A DNA stretch of 64,000 bases from NCBI GenBank assembly GCA_009914755.4, contig CP068257.2:13216001-13280000 (forward strand), read 5' to 3'. The first letter of the stretch is position 1. Each line of letters begins with the position of its first letter. Under the pieces are notes generated by a model. The model was given only the letters and a program-made list of their open reading frames with translations. It made no database searches and was not told where the DNA came from. Origin of the DNA: the human T2T-CHM13v2.0 reference genome, Homo sapiens. The position numbers and the translations under genes were made by a program. Positions 47,881 through 61,730 of the stretch are shown here, in pieces.

Positions 47881-48377
47881 TGATAAGTAAGGATTTACTC
47901 TTGCTGTTTTGTTGTTTTCTGATTGTTTTGTGGTCTTTTATTCCTTTATTCCTTCCTTCCTATCTTTCTTTAGTGAAGGTGCATTTCTCTGGTGGTATGT
48001 TTTAATGTCTTGCTTTTTATTTTTTGTGTGTTTGTTGTAGGTTTTTTTATTTGACATTATCATGAGGCTTGCAAGGAATATCTTATAACCTGTTATTTTA
48101 AACTGATGATAACTTACCACTGATTATATAAACAAACTAACAAGCAAAAAAAAAAAAAACCTTAATAAAAAGTCTACATTTTAACTTTATCCCTCCTTTT
48201 TAACTTTTTGTTGTTTCTATTTAGTTCTTATCATAATGTCTATGTCTTGAAAAGTTGTACATCTTATTTTTGACAGGTTCATCTTTTGGTCTTTCTACTC
48301 AACGTATGTGTAGTTTGCACTCCACAATTACAGTGTGATGATATTGATGATATTTTGTCTTACTGTGTCCTTGTCCT

Positions 48378-48720
48378 TCTTTTTTTTTTTTTTTTTTTTT
48401 TTTTGAGATAGGGTCTCACTCTTCCAGGCTGGAGTGGAGTGGCTCAATTTTGGCTCACTACAACCTCCGCCTCCCAGGCACAAGCAATCCTCCCACCTCA
48501 GCATCCCAAGTAGCGTGAACCACCACACCTGGCTAATTTTTGTGTTTTTTTTTAGAGATGGGTTTTGTATTTTTAGTAAGATGGATTTTGTGTTTTATGT
48601 AGAGATATTTTTTGTAGAAATGGGTTTCCTCATGTCTCCCAGGCTTGTCTCAAACTCCTGAGCTCAAGTGATCCTCCTTTCTTGGCCTCCCACAATGCTG
48701 AGATTACACCATGCCTGGCC
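48378..48720 (-). mobile_element. Alu SINE nested in L1 inter-ORF region, with internal tandem expansion of a ~25-bp segment
   Basis: T30 tail plus 'gagatagggtctcactcttccaggctggagtggagtggctcaattttggctcactacaacctccgcctcccaggc...'. The middle segment is repeated about three times: 'tagagatgggttttgtatttttagtaagatggattttgtgttttatgtagagatattttttgtagaaatgggtttc'. Confidence 0.85.
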
Positions 48721-49601
48721 TGTACTTACTATTAACAGTGAGTTTTGTACCTTCAGATGATTTCTTACTGCTCATTAACATCCTTTTTATTTGAGATTGA
48801 AGAACTCCTTTTAGCATTCCTTTTAAGACAGGTCCAGTGTTGAAATCCCTCAGCTTTTGTTGGTCTAGGAAAGTATTTCTCCTTCATGTTTGAAGGATAT
48901 TTTCACTGGATGTACTATTCTAGGATAAAAGTTTTTTCTTCATCACTGTGAATATGTCATGCCACTGTCTCCTAGCCTGTGAAGTTTCCAATGAGAAACT
49001 TCTCTGCCAGGCATATTGAAGCTCCTTTTTATGTTATTTTTTTCCCTTGCTGTTTTTAAGATCCATTCTTTATCCTAGACCTTTAGGAGTTTGATTATTA
49101 AATGTTTTGAGGTAGTCTTATTTTGATTAAGGTGTTCTATAGCCTTCTTGTACTTGATTATTAGTATCTTTTTCTAGATTTCAGAGGTTCTCTGTTCTTA
49201 TACCTTTGAATAAACTTTCTATCCCTATCTCTCTTTCTATCTTCTCTTTAAGGCCAATAACTCTTAAATTTGCCCTTTTGAGGCAATCTTCTAGATCTTG
49301 TAGGCATACTTCATTCTTTTTTATTCTTTTTTCTTTTGTCTCTTCTGACTATGTATTTTAAATAACCTATCTTCAAGCTCACTAATACTTTCTTTGGCTT
49401 GATTAATTCTGCTGTTAAAAGTCTGATGTACTCTTCAGTATGTCGTACTCTTCAGTATGTCGATTGCATTTTCAGTTCTAGAATTTCTGCTTGATTCTTT
49501 TTAATTATTTTAATTAATTTGTTTAATTTATCTGATAGGATTCCAAATTCCTTCTCTGTGTCATCCTGAATTTTGTTGTGCTTCCTCAAAACAGCTATTT
49601 T

Positions 49602-49913
49602 GTTGTTTTTGTCTATTTTCTTTTTTTGAGACAGGGGCTCACTCAGTCCTCCAGGCTGAAGTGCAATGGTGTGATCATGGCTCAATGCAGCCTCTACCTC
49701 CCAGGCTCAAGCAATCCTCCTGCCTGATCCTCCGAAGTAATTGAGATCACAGACATATGATATCACCATACCCAGCTAATTAATAAAATTTTTTTTGTAG
49801 AGATGGGGTCCCACTATGTTGCCCAGACTGGTTTGAAACTCCTGGGCTCAAGTAGTCCTCGTCTCACCCTCGCAAAGTGCTGGAATTACAGACATGAGCC
49901 ACTGCACCCAAAC
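49602..49913 (-). mobile_element. Alu SINE (AluJ-like) nested in L1 ORF1/5' region
   Basis: T-rich tail 'ttgtttttgtctattttcttttttt' plus 'gagacaggggctcactcagtcctccaggctgaagtgcaatggtgtgatcatggctcaatgcagcctctacctcccaggctcaagc...'. TSD 'aaacagctatttt' at 49589-49601 and 49914-49926. Confidence 0.9.
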
Positions 49914-50399
49914 AAACAGCTATTTTGGATCATCTGTCTGAGAGTTCACATACTTCGGTCTCTCTGGACTGGGCACTGGTGTCTCATTTAGTTTGGTTAG
50001 GTCATGTTTTTCTGGGTGGTCTTGATGCTTGTGGATGTTCATTGGTATCTGGGCATTGAATATTTAGGTATTTATTGAAGTCTTTACAGTCTGTGCTTGT
50101 TTTTACCCATCCTTCTTGGAAAGCTTTCCGATAATTCAAAGGGACCTGAATGTTATGATCTAAGTCTTTGGTCACTGTAGCCATGTCTCCATTTAGAGGA
50201 CATCCCAAGGCCAGTAGCACTGTGGCTCTTGCAGTCTCATAGATGTACCACTTTGGTGCTCTTGGGTAAGATCTGGAGGAATTCCTTGAATTACCAGGGA
50301 GAGACTCTTGTTCTCTTCCTTACTTTACCCCAAACAAATGGAGTCTCTCTCTCTTCCCTTACTTTCCCCCAGACAAACTGGGTCTCTCTCTCTTTCTCT

Positions 50400-51640
50400 G
50401 TGCTGACCTGCCTAGAGCTGGAGGAGGGGTGACACAAGCACCCCTGTGGCCACCACCACTGATACAGAACTGGGTCAGACTTGAAGCCAACACAGCACTC
50501 GGTCTCACTCAAGGCCCACAGTGACCACTGCCTGGCTACCGCCTATGTTCACTCAAGGCCCAAGGACTCTACAATCAGCAGGTGGCAAATTCAGCCAGGT
50601 TTGTGTCCTTCCCTTCAGGGCAAGGAGTTCCCTGGGGCCCTGGGCAGGTCCTGAAATGCTGTCTGGGAGCCAGGGCCTGGAGTCAGGAATCTTAGGAATC
50701 TACCTGGTACTGTATTCTACTGCAGCTGAGCTGGCACCCAAGCCACAAGACAAAGCTCTTACCACTCTTCTCCCCTTTCCTCATGCAGAGGAGTGTCTCC
50801 CAGTGGCCACCACTGCCCCAGGCTGGTGGTAAGTAATTCCTGGTTACCTCCTATGTTGACTCAAGGCCCAAGGACTCTGAAGTCAGCTTGTGGTAAATGC
50901 TGCCAGGCCTGGGTCTTTCTCTTCAGGGCAGTTGACTCCCCTCTGGCCCAGGACTTGTCCAGAAATGCCATCCAGAATCCAAGGCCTGGAATCAAGGACC
51001 CCAGGTGCCTGCTTGGTGCTCTATCCCACTGTGGCTGAGCTGGTAACCAAGCTGCAAGACATAGTCCCCTTTACTCATTCCTCTCCTTTTCTTAAACAGA
51101 AAAAAAGTCTCCTTGTGGCCAATACAGCTGTAAATGTGCTAGGTCACACCTGAAGCCAGCATAGCTGTGAGCCGAACCCAAGGCCTGCAGTGAGTACTGC
51201 CTGGCTTCCACTGTTGATTATTCAGGGCCCAAGTGCTCTTTAGTCAGCTGGTGATAAATCCTGCCCATTCTGAGTCCTTCCTGTCAAGGCAATGGGTTCC
51301 CTTCTGGCAAAAGGTGTGTCTACAAATGTCAACAGGGATAGGGCCTGGAACGAGGGGCCTCAGGACTCTGCCTGGTCCCCTGTTCTACTGTGGTTCAGCT
51401 AGTACCCAAGTTGCAAGACATAGTGCTATTTTCTCTCCCCTCTCCTCTCTTCAAGTGGAGTCTCTCCTGGAGCTGTGAGCTGCATTACCAGGGTCTGGGG
51501 GAGGGGTGGCTCAAGCACTCCCTCGGCCTCCCCAGCTGGTGTCTCACTAGATTGTATGCATCCCAAGTCCACTGCTCTGAACCCAGCACAACATCAGGAC
51601 TTGCCCAGGAATTGCAGTCCTTGTGGCCTAGGCTACCTTT
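50400..51640. repeat. Tandem array of ~3.5 monomers of ~310-360 bp within/adjacent to the 5' end of the antisense L1
   Basis: Recurring blocks, e.g. 'actcaaggcccaaggactct' at 50551 and 50859, and 'ttcagggcccaagtgctctt' at 51221. 'cttcagggca(a/g)...ccaaggcctgg(a/a)...ctgtggctgagctggtaaccaagctgcaagacatagt' recurs with about 75-85% identity. The array ends with a partial unit ('ctggaggaggggtgacacaagcac' ~ 'ctgggggaggggtggctcaagcac'). Overlapping + strand ORFs here are repeat artefacts. Confidence 0.75.
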
Positions 51641-51944
51641 CAAGTTTATTTAGGACCCCATAGCACACAAAGTGGTGGGGTTTGCAGGAACTCAGGTTCT
51701 GACCACTGGAATGGATGATTTGCCTCTGGCTAGGGCTGGTCTAAATGCTCCGTTTCGTGGGTACTGGCTGATTTCTGCCCCCTTTTGCTTTCTGCTATAA
51801 CAGGGTAGCACTGAGTTCCAGTGCAAAGTCCCACAATCAATGCATTCTCCCTCCCCAACGTGCACAGATTCTCTCTCCAAGCCACATGGCTGCTACCAGG
51901 CAATGTGGTAGGAGCGGCATTGGCAATTCAAGACTGCCTTTTCA

Positions 51945-52575
51945 AGACACAACAAAAAAAGAAAATTTCAGGCCAATATCCCTGATGAACATTAATGTGA
52001 AAATTCTCAATAAAATACTGGCAAACTGAATCCAGCGGCACATCAAAAAGCTTATCCATTACGATCAAGTCGGCTTCATACCGACTTGCCTCCAAAGCTT
52101 GCCTCCAGCTTTGTTCTTTTTGCTTAGGATTGTCTTGGCTATATGGGCTCTTTTTTGGTTCTATATGAAATTTAAAGTAGTTTTTTTTTCTAATTTTTTG
52201 AAGAAAGTCAATGGTAGCTTGATGGGGATAGCATTGAATCTATAAATGTCACATCCGTTGCACGGACATGAATGAAGCTGTAAACCATCATTCTCAGCAA
52301 ACTAACACAAGAACAGAAAACCAAACACCGCATATTCTCACTCATACATGGGAGATGAACAATGAGAACACATGTACACAGGGAGGGGAATACCACACAC
52401 TGGGGCCTGTCGGGGGTTGGGGTGCTAGGGGAGGGATAGCATTAGGAGAAATACCCAATGTAGATGACCGGTTGATGGGTGCAGCAAACCACCATGGCAC
52501 GTGTATACCTATGTAACAAACCTGCACGTTCTGCACATGTACCCCAGAACTTAAAGTAAAATAATAATAATAATT
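51945..52575 (+). mobile_element. L1PA-like LINE-1 fragment cluster: sense ORF2-RT piece, inverted ORF2 piece, sense 3' end
   Basis: 51945-52085 encodes sense '[44 protein letters not shown]', the start of the ORF2 RT domain. 52086-52240 is antisense L1 ('cctccagctttgttctttttgcttaggattgtcttggctatatgggctcttttttggttctatatgaaatttaaagtag...gcattgaatctataaat'). 52241-52575 is the sense L1PA 3' end ('...ccatcattctcagcaaactaacacaagaacagaaaaccaaacaccgcatattctcactcata...gggatagcattaggagaaatacccaatgtagatgaccggttgatgggtgcagcaaaccaccatggcacgtgtatacctatgtaacaaacctgcacgttctgcacatgtaccccagaacttaaagtaaaataataataa'). Confidence 0.8.
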
Positions 52576-53652
52576 TTAAAAAATACTGCCTTTTCTACCC
52601 TTTTCAGGGCCTCTTCCTTAGTAGGATGTGAAAACCAGGTACTATAATTGCTCACCTGATTTTTGGTTCTTATGAGGGTGGTTTTCTGTGTGGATAGTTG
52701 TTCAACTTGGAGCTCCTGCAGGGGGAACAAACAGTGGAAGCTTCTATTTGGCCATCTTGCTCCACCTCCCACTGAAAAGTATTTTTATGCTAAGCAATTT
52801 GAAAATATTTAGATGAATAATTTTTAAATAGAGGAAAATCTCTACTCTGAAATCCAAAGTCTTCTGAGTCCATTCTGTTTTTTGTCATGCTAAAAATATG
52901 AGGCTTACATATTTTTTACACAGGCCAAATTCTGCTCAGTTAAATACAGCAGATTGTTTAGATTGGTATCTTAAACACAAACTAGATAATCTGGTTCCGT
53001 TGCTTCCATGGCATCTGAATTGGTGTCATCCTCTTTTTCAGAACAAATATCTAAGGATGTTTCCAAGGCATCACAATATTATATTGGCCTAGTTAGAACA
53101 GAAGTGTCATCTCTAAATCTCACACGTGTGTGTGAATGCAAGCACCCTTACTGGTAGAGAACCAGGAAGTCCTTGGTCTGTAAATACCCCAAGAAAGAAA
53201 ACCACTGCTAGCAATATTATAATGCATAAACTAAGCATGATATTTTTAAATATAATTCACACATCCAAGTGTGTGTTGCTGCCTTTACAGTATCCATTTG
53301 GGAAGTTGTGCATTTATTCTAATGAGATTGGCATTGTTCAAAACATGATCTGGAGTTTCTTTTCAACAATGATCTTAATTGTCTGTGGCACATATTTTTG
53401 ACTGTCCATATGGTAAAGTATCTTTATCTTTTGTGTGTAAACTTGATTTCAAAATAACCAAAAGTAAGTCAGAAGTAAATTTTAAGAACAAGAAAGACAA
53501 TTAAATTGGGAAATCCCATAAACAGGTAAGGTGGGTACTGAAGAAGATTTATCTGGATGTATTTACCTTTTGTGAGTTATTAATTTTGCTATACCTCATA
53601 CAGTCAAGTCTTCTTTGAGACAGTTTTGTTGTCTTTACCTTCAGAAGTTATA

Positions 53653-53699
53653 TTAGGTTGGTGCAAAAGTAATTGTGGTTTTTGCCATTAAAGGTAATG
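53653..53699 (+). mobile_element. MADE1 (Hsmar1-derived mariner MITE) half-element
   Basis: 'ttaggttggtgcaaaagtaattgtggtttttgccattaaaggtaatg' matches the first 47 bp of the 80-bp MADE1 palindrome, TTAGGTTGGTGCAAAAGTAATTGCGGTTTTTGCCATTAAAAGTAATGGCAAAAACCGCAATTACTTTTGCACCAACCTAA. The second half is absent. Confidence 0.8.
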
Positions 53700-56600
53700 T
53701 TATTAATAATATCCTGAATTTTACTCTTGACAAAAAGCATAGGTTTTATATTATCTGTGTATATGAGAATGCATGAATGTGTGTATTTTCATAACAAAAT
53801 GGAAGCAAAAATTCTATAGAATTCAATCTTTTATATTTAGCAAAAACAAATATTCCATATATTGTTTAATTCAGCATTGAATAATTAAGCAAAATACTTG
53901 CAATTAACTTGCACATAAACTTCTTAAAAGATATCACATCAAAATATGAGATTTCTTTAAGCTATGTCTTCAATATTTTATGCAAAGATCTGTTCTGAAA
54001 GATGCTTTGGCAAGAATTTTAATAATCTATAAATTTTTTTCTTTAATCTTTATAATAATCTTTATATAATAACCATATTATTTTTGTTAAATATTTTTCT
54101 CCTTTTCAAAATATTGTTTTATAAGTTCTCATGCTCTTTAATTACAATTAATATTTATAAATTTTTTCTATGATTATCTGTATGAGAAATCTTTGATAGC
54201 AAACACAGTAAAATAATGTTTTGCCTTAAGTTTTAGAAACTGAAGTTGTTATAAAACCATTCTATTAGGATTTAAATTATATCACGCCAGCCAGACTTAT
54301 TTATGCAAATGTTTTCTCCCTACCACTGTGCTCATTGAGAAGGACTGCTGACCCAGGTGTTTTGTAGCTTTTAAAATAATTGTTCAATATGATATTAGGT
54401 TGTAGAATGTGGTCACAAATTTCTCAAGTCTAGAGAAGTCCATTCCAGAAGTCTAGCAGGTCTATTCCACTGACTCTCAACTTTATTATGCTTATGCTTG
54501 ACTCTTATGTCTTTCCTATTTAACTTATTTTATAAAATGTAGAACATATGTTTTGAAAGTCAAACCATACCAAAGTCAAACCTGGTGGGAGTGCTACAAC
54601 TGTAAAAAGGTGGAAACACTCAGTAAGCAGTCAAAGTTTGGCATGGAAATAGACACGGCTGCAATAAGGTAGTGGACTTATGGGCTAAGTTTCCTTGCTT
54701 TCATACTTGCATGTAGTGTAGCTAGTTTCCCAAAACACATAAAAGGAAGTCATTTCTCTGTGAAGTGGTCTTTAGAGGAGGGTTTTTCTACTTCAGCATT
54801 ATTATTTGAGACTGGATAATTCTTTGCTGTGTGTGTGGATGGGGGTGGGAGGGTTGCTGTGCTGTGCGTTATGAGATGTTTAGCAGCATTGCATCCGTGG
54901 TCTTTGTCCATTAGATGCTGTTGACATCCTTCTTCCCAATTGTGGCCACCAAAAGTGTTTCTAGACATACCCAAATGTCCACTGGGGGAACAAAACCCTC
55001 GTTCCTCACCATTTTCCCTCCTCTGTGGTTGAGAATGACTTCTCTAGATTACCATTTCAAGATTTAGCTTAAGTTTCTGACAGTGGTGTTACAGAAGGCC
55101 ATTTTCATCATTGTCATTTATTATTTCATGTTAGTTTAGTGGTTTACTACAAGTAGCCTAGGGTCAAGGAAATATATCCAGTTCATTTAATAGTATTCTT
55201 AATCAACTATGTTCCTAAGTTCTTATGTTTCTTTTAATCTATGAACCTATGTTCCTACTGTTGCCTGAAAGATTCACAAGAGGAAAAATGTACTGAGTAT
55301 AGACAATAAAAAATTTAATGTGGCCAAATATAGCATATATTTAACATTGTAAAGCATATCTCAAATATTTGCAGCATTTCATGGCAACAAAAGCTGCTAT
55401 AGAATAAGTGGGTCAGAATTACCATCAGGGAAGTAGTACCCAAAATATCTTCCGACTATTATAGGCCAGGCCAAAGCAAAAAACAGCTCAATTAGATTTG
55501 GGAGGCATTCCTTCCAGGCTGCTAAAGTATCACCAGTCAAACAGCATTCACAAGAAACACAGGTCTGAGATAACCAAGTTAGTGCTCTAATAAGACTTCA
55601 AATGCTCTGAGAACAAGCTTCACTGTATTTTTGCTCACAGAAGTTTCACATCTATCCTTGCTCAGGCCTAGGATTTTAGTCGGCTAGCAGCAAAAGAAGA
55701 TGAACTTGAAATTTCACTTCAAGAAGTATTAGGCTTTATGGAATATAAAAGTAATTCAGAAGCATAGAAAACCATGAATAATAAACAAACTCTGATAGAA
55801 AATAAATAAAGGAACTCAAGGAATTGCCTTCCAATATCCTTGGCAACCAGAGAAGCAATCAATGAGTTTTAAAACTCCCATATACATATTTGGTGCTCAC
55901 AAATACCTGAATAATAAAGACGATTATCATGCAGAGTGACAAAGTACAGATAAACACACTCCAGCTTTGCAAGTACAAAACCAGTTAAAACCAGTTATTC
56001 TACTCCTGACGTTTAACAAGTAGAGCTTTACACATATACTAAAAGCCACAGTGAACTGGGTGAAAGTTTGTTGGGCCTGGGGAGTGGGAAACTGGCTTAG
56101 TAACACCAGAGTCATCTCAGTGTGTGACCCCTGGCAAACCATGCTCCTGAGAAGACAGCAGAAGGAAAAGGTTGCTTTACCAAAGGTTAGAAATACAGGA
56201 ATATAGAGTGCGTGAATGCAAGCTATGTGACTTATGTAGGCTTTTACATACCAAAGCTGCTTCCAAAGTCAGTAGGAGAGGCTGGTCCCATCAGCTGGAT
56301 AAGCACAGCAAAAATTAAGATGGTTTGATATCCACATCTCCAGTTGCTTAAGTTGTTTACTCTGTTCCCTCTGAATCACATCACATCTTATTTTCAACTG
56401 AAACATGGAAACCTTTCTGGCCTAATACTTCTTTTCCAAATAATATTTATTTTCATGTGGCATTAATCTTTTTTTACTAATTATTCTTGGGTGCAGCATA
56501 TTTTGTAACCACCTAAGCACACACTGATCCAAAGCTGAATATTATAAATAGTTATAATCACATTCATCAAAAAGTTCAAAGTGAGAGTGGGCTAAAAAAT

Positions 56601-59280
56601 AAGTAGGAGTCAGAAAGAGAGAGTAGGAGATTGGGTAAAATGATAAAATAATGAGAAAAAGAAATAATTTCTATGTATCAGGTAGGAGAGAGAAGCTATT
56701 TCCTAGGGCTTTGGGGGAAATGAATTTCCCACACCAAAGGTGGAGTAGATTGAAAAACCGATAGATTGCTCTTCACTCCTTCACTGAGGTTCTGAAACTG
56801 TAGGCATTGAATGCTGCATTAAAGATACATGTGCATCTTATTCCTCATAAGTAAATTACATTGTTTTATTACTATGCTGTGTGGCCCAAAAGGCAAGCAA
56901 TAATTTTTAGTGGCTGAGAAGAAACTAGTTTCACAAACAAGGGGCACTTTGAAAAAACAAATGTACTCAAAAAGACAATGTTGCTCTGGGCTTTATTTAG
57001 AATTAAATTCCAGAACTCACTCAAAACTGCAGAACCAGTACTCAAATTTGGTACCCCTTTTGCTCATCCTTCCTAAAGTCACCCTTCACACACAAATCTT
57101 TCCACCCTCCTCTCCAGGCATTTTAAATAGCTGCAGGATTAGAAATTGCAAAACAGATGCCTCCGGCCAAAAGCACCAAGTTTTGCTGATAAATTTTCCT
57201 GAAATCACACAAATGGAAAAAACGGAAGTCAGAAGTGTACATTTTATATTCAGCAGCTAAAGTCTGAAATCTCAGGTTATAAGTAAATTATTTTGTGATT
57301 AAATCCTAATCTCATCAATTTAAAGAACCAAAAACCCAGCTCAATAATCCACCACAATCTTACCTTGAAAATGTGGTTCTCTTATTTGAATGTCTTCTTC
57401 CAGTACTAATTCGATTTCTTTTCCTGAAAATTCTGCCACATGGTGCTACTTTCGGACATTTAATATATTTCATTTATAATTACTCTCACGTGTAAATGGT
57501 ATCTTTAAATAATATGTGCAGGAGTTCTTAATAAGTTTTCACAACTCTCCTTATAAAGCAAAGCTATTCATTTTTAGAGAGTTTGAACGTTTTGGTGTTA
57601 ATTTGATAAATAACAGCTATTGGACAACTGAAGAGAATAACCACTCACAGGCAATCTTCTCTTTGTACTTGATTTTAAAATATTAATATTTCATTCATGG
57701 TGTCTTCTCAAATTAAATTTCTCAGGGTTACTGGACCTCAGATACTAAAAGGACAAAGAAAAGGGACAGATGAGAACAGCTACGAAGCGATAGTGAAAAC
57801 ATATGGTGTCCATCTTGTAAGCATAAGGCTCCCTGGTATTGCTGCCACTCTCCCTGTGCTCGGGAAAGCTGGAAGAAGCCAGTAGGCAATCTGGTGTCTC
57901 GTCAGAAGAGTGCCAGAAACAGGTGTTGCTGACCTAACCCTTTCCTCCTACCACAGATTCTCTTGGTAAATCCTACACTCGTTACCATAGCATTGCTTTC
58001 AAACACACTTATCAGATGAAAACCAAGTGTTCCAAAATAACAGTTTATATGGAGTCAAAATGCTGAAAATTGCTGTGATTGGTTTTTTCTTTCTCTTTTT
58101 TTTTTTCAGTTTTTAGAATCGGGTAATTTTAAAATTACAATAAAATGCACACATTTTAAGTGTTCCCTGCGTGAGTGTTGATGGTTGTATACACCGATGT
58201 AGCACCACCCAAAACAAGATACAAAACGTTTCAATCACTCCAGAAGTTTTCCTCCTTCTCCTTTTCAGTCAAACCACACTGTACTGATTTCCATTGCCAT
58301 AGACAATTTTGCCTGTCTTTGAACATAATATACTGTATATATTCTTTACATCTGGCTTTTTTTTGCCAATATATATTTTTAAGACTCATTCTTACTGTTG
58401 CATGTTATCACTAGCTCATTCCTTTTCATTACAGAGTAATATTTAACTGTATAAATATACCACAATTTGCTTACTCATTTTCTAAGAAATGGATATTTAA
58501 GTGTTTCCAGATGTTCTTGGAACAGTCTCATATAAGACTTTGTGTAGACGTATGTGATCATATCACCTGGATAAATACCTAGGAGTGGAATTCCTGAGAC
58601 ACAATATGTTTAACTTTTAAGAATGTGGCAAACCTTTCCCCACAATCGTTGTAATATTTTACTCTACTGACTTGTTAGTATTTATCTTTCTCCATATCCT
58701 CATCAATATTTGGTGCTGTCAGTCTTAGCCATTCCAGTGAGTGTGAAATGCTAACTCATTATGATTCTAAATTGCATCTCTCTGACGACTTATGATGTTG
58801 AATAGCTTTTCAGGTGTTCATTAGCCTCATCCTATGTAGGACATCTTATTCCCAAATTTTCTTTTGCTAAGTGTCTTTCCAGACTTTGGCCCATTTTTTA
58901 CTGAGCTGTTTATCTTTTTATTGTTGACTCGTAAAAGTTATTTATATATTCTGGATATGACCTATTCATGAAAAATAAGTGATGAGAATTTTCAAAGTCT
59001 GTCGATTGCCTGTTCACTTTCTTTTAATGAGCAGAAATTAAATTTTATTGAAAATCAAATATTCTTTGACAGGTGAAATGTTTTTAATTCTAATACATTT
59101 TTGCATACCCCAGGGTTACAAAGATATTATTTATTTTCTTCAAAAAGCTTTTTGATTATAATGTTTATATTTAAGTTTATGATCTATTTCTACGTAATTT
59201 TTGTGTTTTGGGTGAGGTAAGATCAGAGATCATTTTTTGTTTTCTAGTGGATAGCCAATCTTTCTTGCATCATTTGTTTT

Positions 59281-59596
59281 TTTTTTGTTTGATTGTTTAT
59301 TTTGGTTTTTTTGAGACGGAAGCTCACTCTGTCGCCCAGGCTGGAGTGCAGTGGCGAGATCTCTGCTCACTGCAAAATCCCTGCCTCCCAGGTTCCAGCG
59401 ATTCTCCTGCCTCAGCCTCCGAGGTAGCTGGGACTACAGGAGTCCGCCACAGTGTCCGGCTAACTTTTGTATTTTTAGTAGAGATGGGGTTTCACCATGT
59501 TGGCCAGGCTGGCCTTGAATTCCTGACCTCAGGTGATCTGCCTGCCTCAGGCTCCCAAAGTGCTGGGATTATAGGCATGAGCCACCGTGCCCGGCC
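59281..59596 (-). mobile_element. Alu SINE (AluS-like, antisense)
   Basis: T-rich tail plus 'gagacggaagctcactctgtcgcccaggctggagtgcagtggcgagatctctgctcactgcaaaatccctgcctcccaggttccagcgattctcctgcc...ggcatgagccaccgtgcccggcc'. TSD 'catcatttgtttt' at 59268-59280 and 59598-59610. Confidence 0.95.
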
Positions 59597-60019
59597 ACAT
59601 CATTTGTTTTAAGAAAATATTTTCTTTATTAATCTAATTTGCCACTCTGGTCAGATATCAATGTATGTTTGTATGTATGTATCATATACGTGTGTATATA
59701 TCACATATATCTGTATGTGCCAATTTCTGGATTTTGTATTCTGCTTCATCAATCTATTATTTCGCCAACATCATATTCACTTGATTACAGTGACATTGTA
59801 TTAAGTCCTGAAATCAAATAGTGTAAATCCATCAACTTTGTTCTTCTTTATCAATATTATTTTGGTTAGTCTAGATTCTTTGCACTTTCTAACTCACTTC
59901 AAAAGAGCCTGTTTCTAGGTATTTTGGGTTTTTGATGCTATTGTGGACAATATTTTAAATAGCATTTTATAGTTGTTTATTGTTAGTAATTAGAAATGCA
60001 ATTGATATTTGAATATTAG

Positions 60020-60397
<378 letters not shown>

Positions 60398-61499
60398 CAC
60401 ATGGAGTTTTCTACACACAAGCACGTCATTTGTGAATAATGATAGTTTCACTTCTTTTTAATTTTAGTGTGTCATTTCTTTTTCTGGCCTCACTGCACTA
60501 ACTAGAAGTCACAGTACAATGTTGAATACAAGCAATGACAGCTATTCAAATATTTATCCTTATCCATATATTTCCCTTTCTGGTGCTTTATTCCCTTTCC
60601 TGTAGATCCTGGCTTCCACATGGTATAACTCCTTCTTAGTCCAAAGAGCTTCTTTTAGTATTTGCTGTAGTATAAATCTGCCACAGACAAATTTAATCAT
60701 TTTTCTTTTAGAAATAATTTTATCTTCATATTTGTAGGATGTCTTTATAGGAAATAGAATTGTGGGCTGACAATATTTTCTTTTAGCATTTTAAAGATAT
60801 TGTTCTATTATTTTCTAGCCTTCACTGTTTCTGATACTGAGACAGCCATTATTCTTGTCATTGTTCCCTTACATATAGTTATCGCTTTTATTTGTCTATT
60901 ATAAGATACTGCTTTTTATTTTGGGTTTACAGTAATTTGACCACGATGTACATAGGTGAAGATATTTTTTATATACTCCACTTAGGGTTGATTACACTTC
61001 TTTGCTGTCTTTCACTTATTTTGAAAATTCTCTTCTATTATCTCTTCAAATATTTCTTCTACCTCATTCTTTCTCTCCTCTCACAGGACTCCAACAACAC
61101 ATATGGTAGATCATTTGATTTGGGCCCACAGGTCTTGGAAATGCTCTTCCATTATTTTCATTGTTTTAAAACATCTCTCTCTGTGTTTCATTTTGGATAT
61201 TTTCCACTGATCAGTCTTTAAGTTTACCAGTTTCTTTCTCACTCAGTTCAGTTGTCAATAAGCCCATTGAACAAATTCTTCTTTTCCCATGTTATGTATT
61301 TCATTTCTAGCATTTCCAACTAACTTTTAAAACATGTGCATTTCATTGATAAAGTTGCCAATCTACTTACATACATTATCTACCCTTTCCACAAGCTGAT
61401 CATAATTATTTTAAAATTCCTGTCTGCTAATTCCAACACCTGGAACATCTCTGCATTTGTTTCTATTGACTATGTGCTCTCTTTAACATGGATTATATT

Positions 61500-61730
61500 T
61501 TCTTCTTTCATTACTTGTCAAACTTTTTATTTATATTATTTTATATTATTTATAAAATATAAAATAATTATTTTATATTATTTATAAATATAAAATATTT
61601 TATTTATTTTATATTAGTTATAAATATAAAATATTTTATTTATTTTATATTATTTATTTTATGTATTTATTTATTTTATATTATTTATTTTATTTATGTA
61701 TTTTATATTATTTATTTATTGTATAGTGCA
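61500..61730. repeat. AT-rich tandem repeat (ttatattat/ttatttatt-type units)
   Basis: 'ttatattattttatattatttataaaatataaaataattattttatattatttataaatataaaatattttatttattttatattagttataaatataaaat...'. Confidence 0.85.

Noticed and set aside
50521-51663. Cluster of overlapping + strand ORFs (80-103 aa) with similar sequences
   Set aside because: They arise from the tandem ~330-bp monomer array of the L1 5' region. The repetition produces similar frames, and there is no start context or codon bias.
53653-53699. Possible miRNA-like hairpin from MADE1
   Set aside because: Only the first half of the MADE1 palindrome is present, so the canonical hairpin cannot form.
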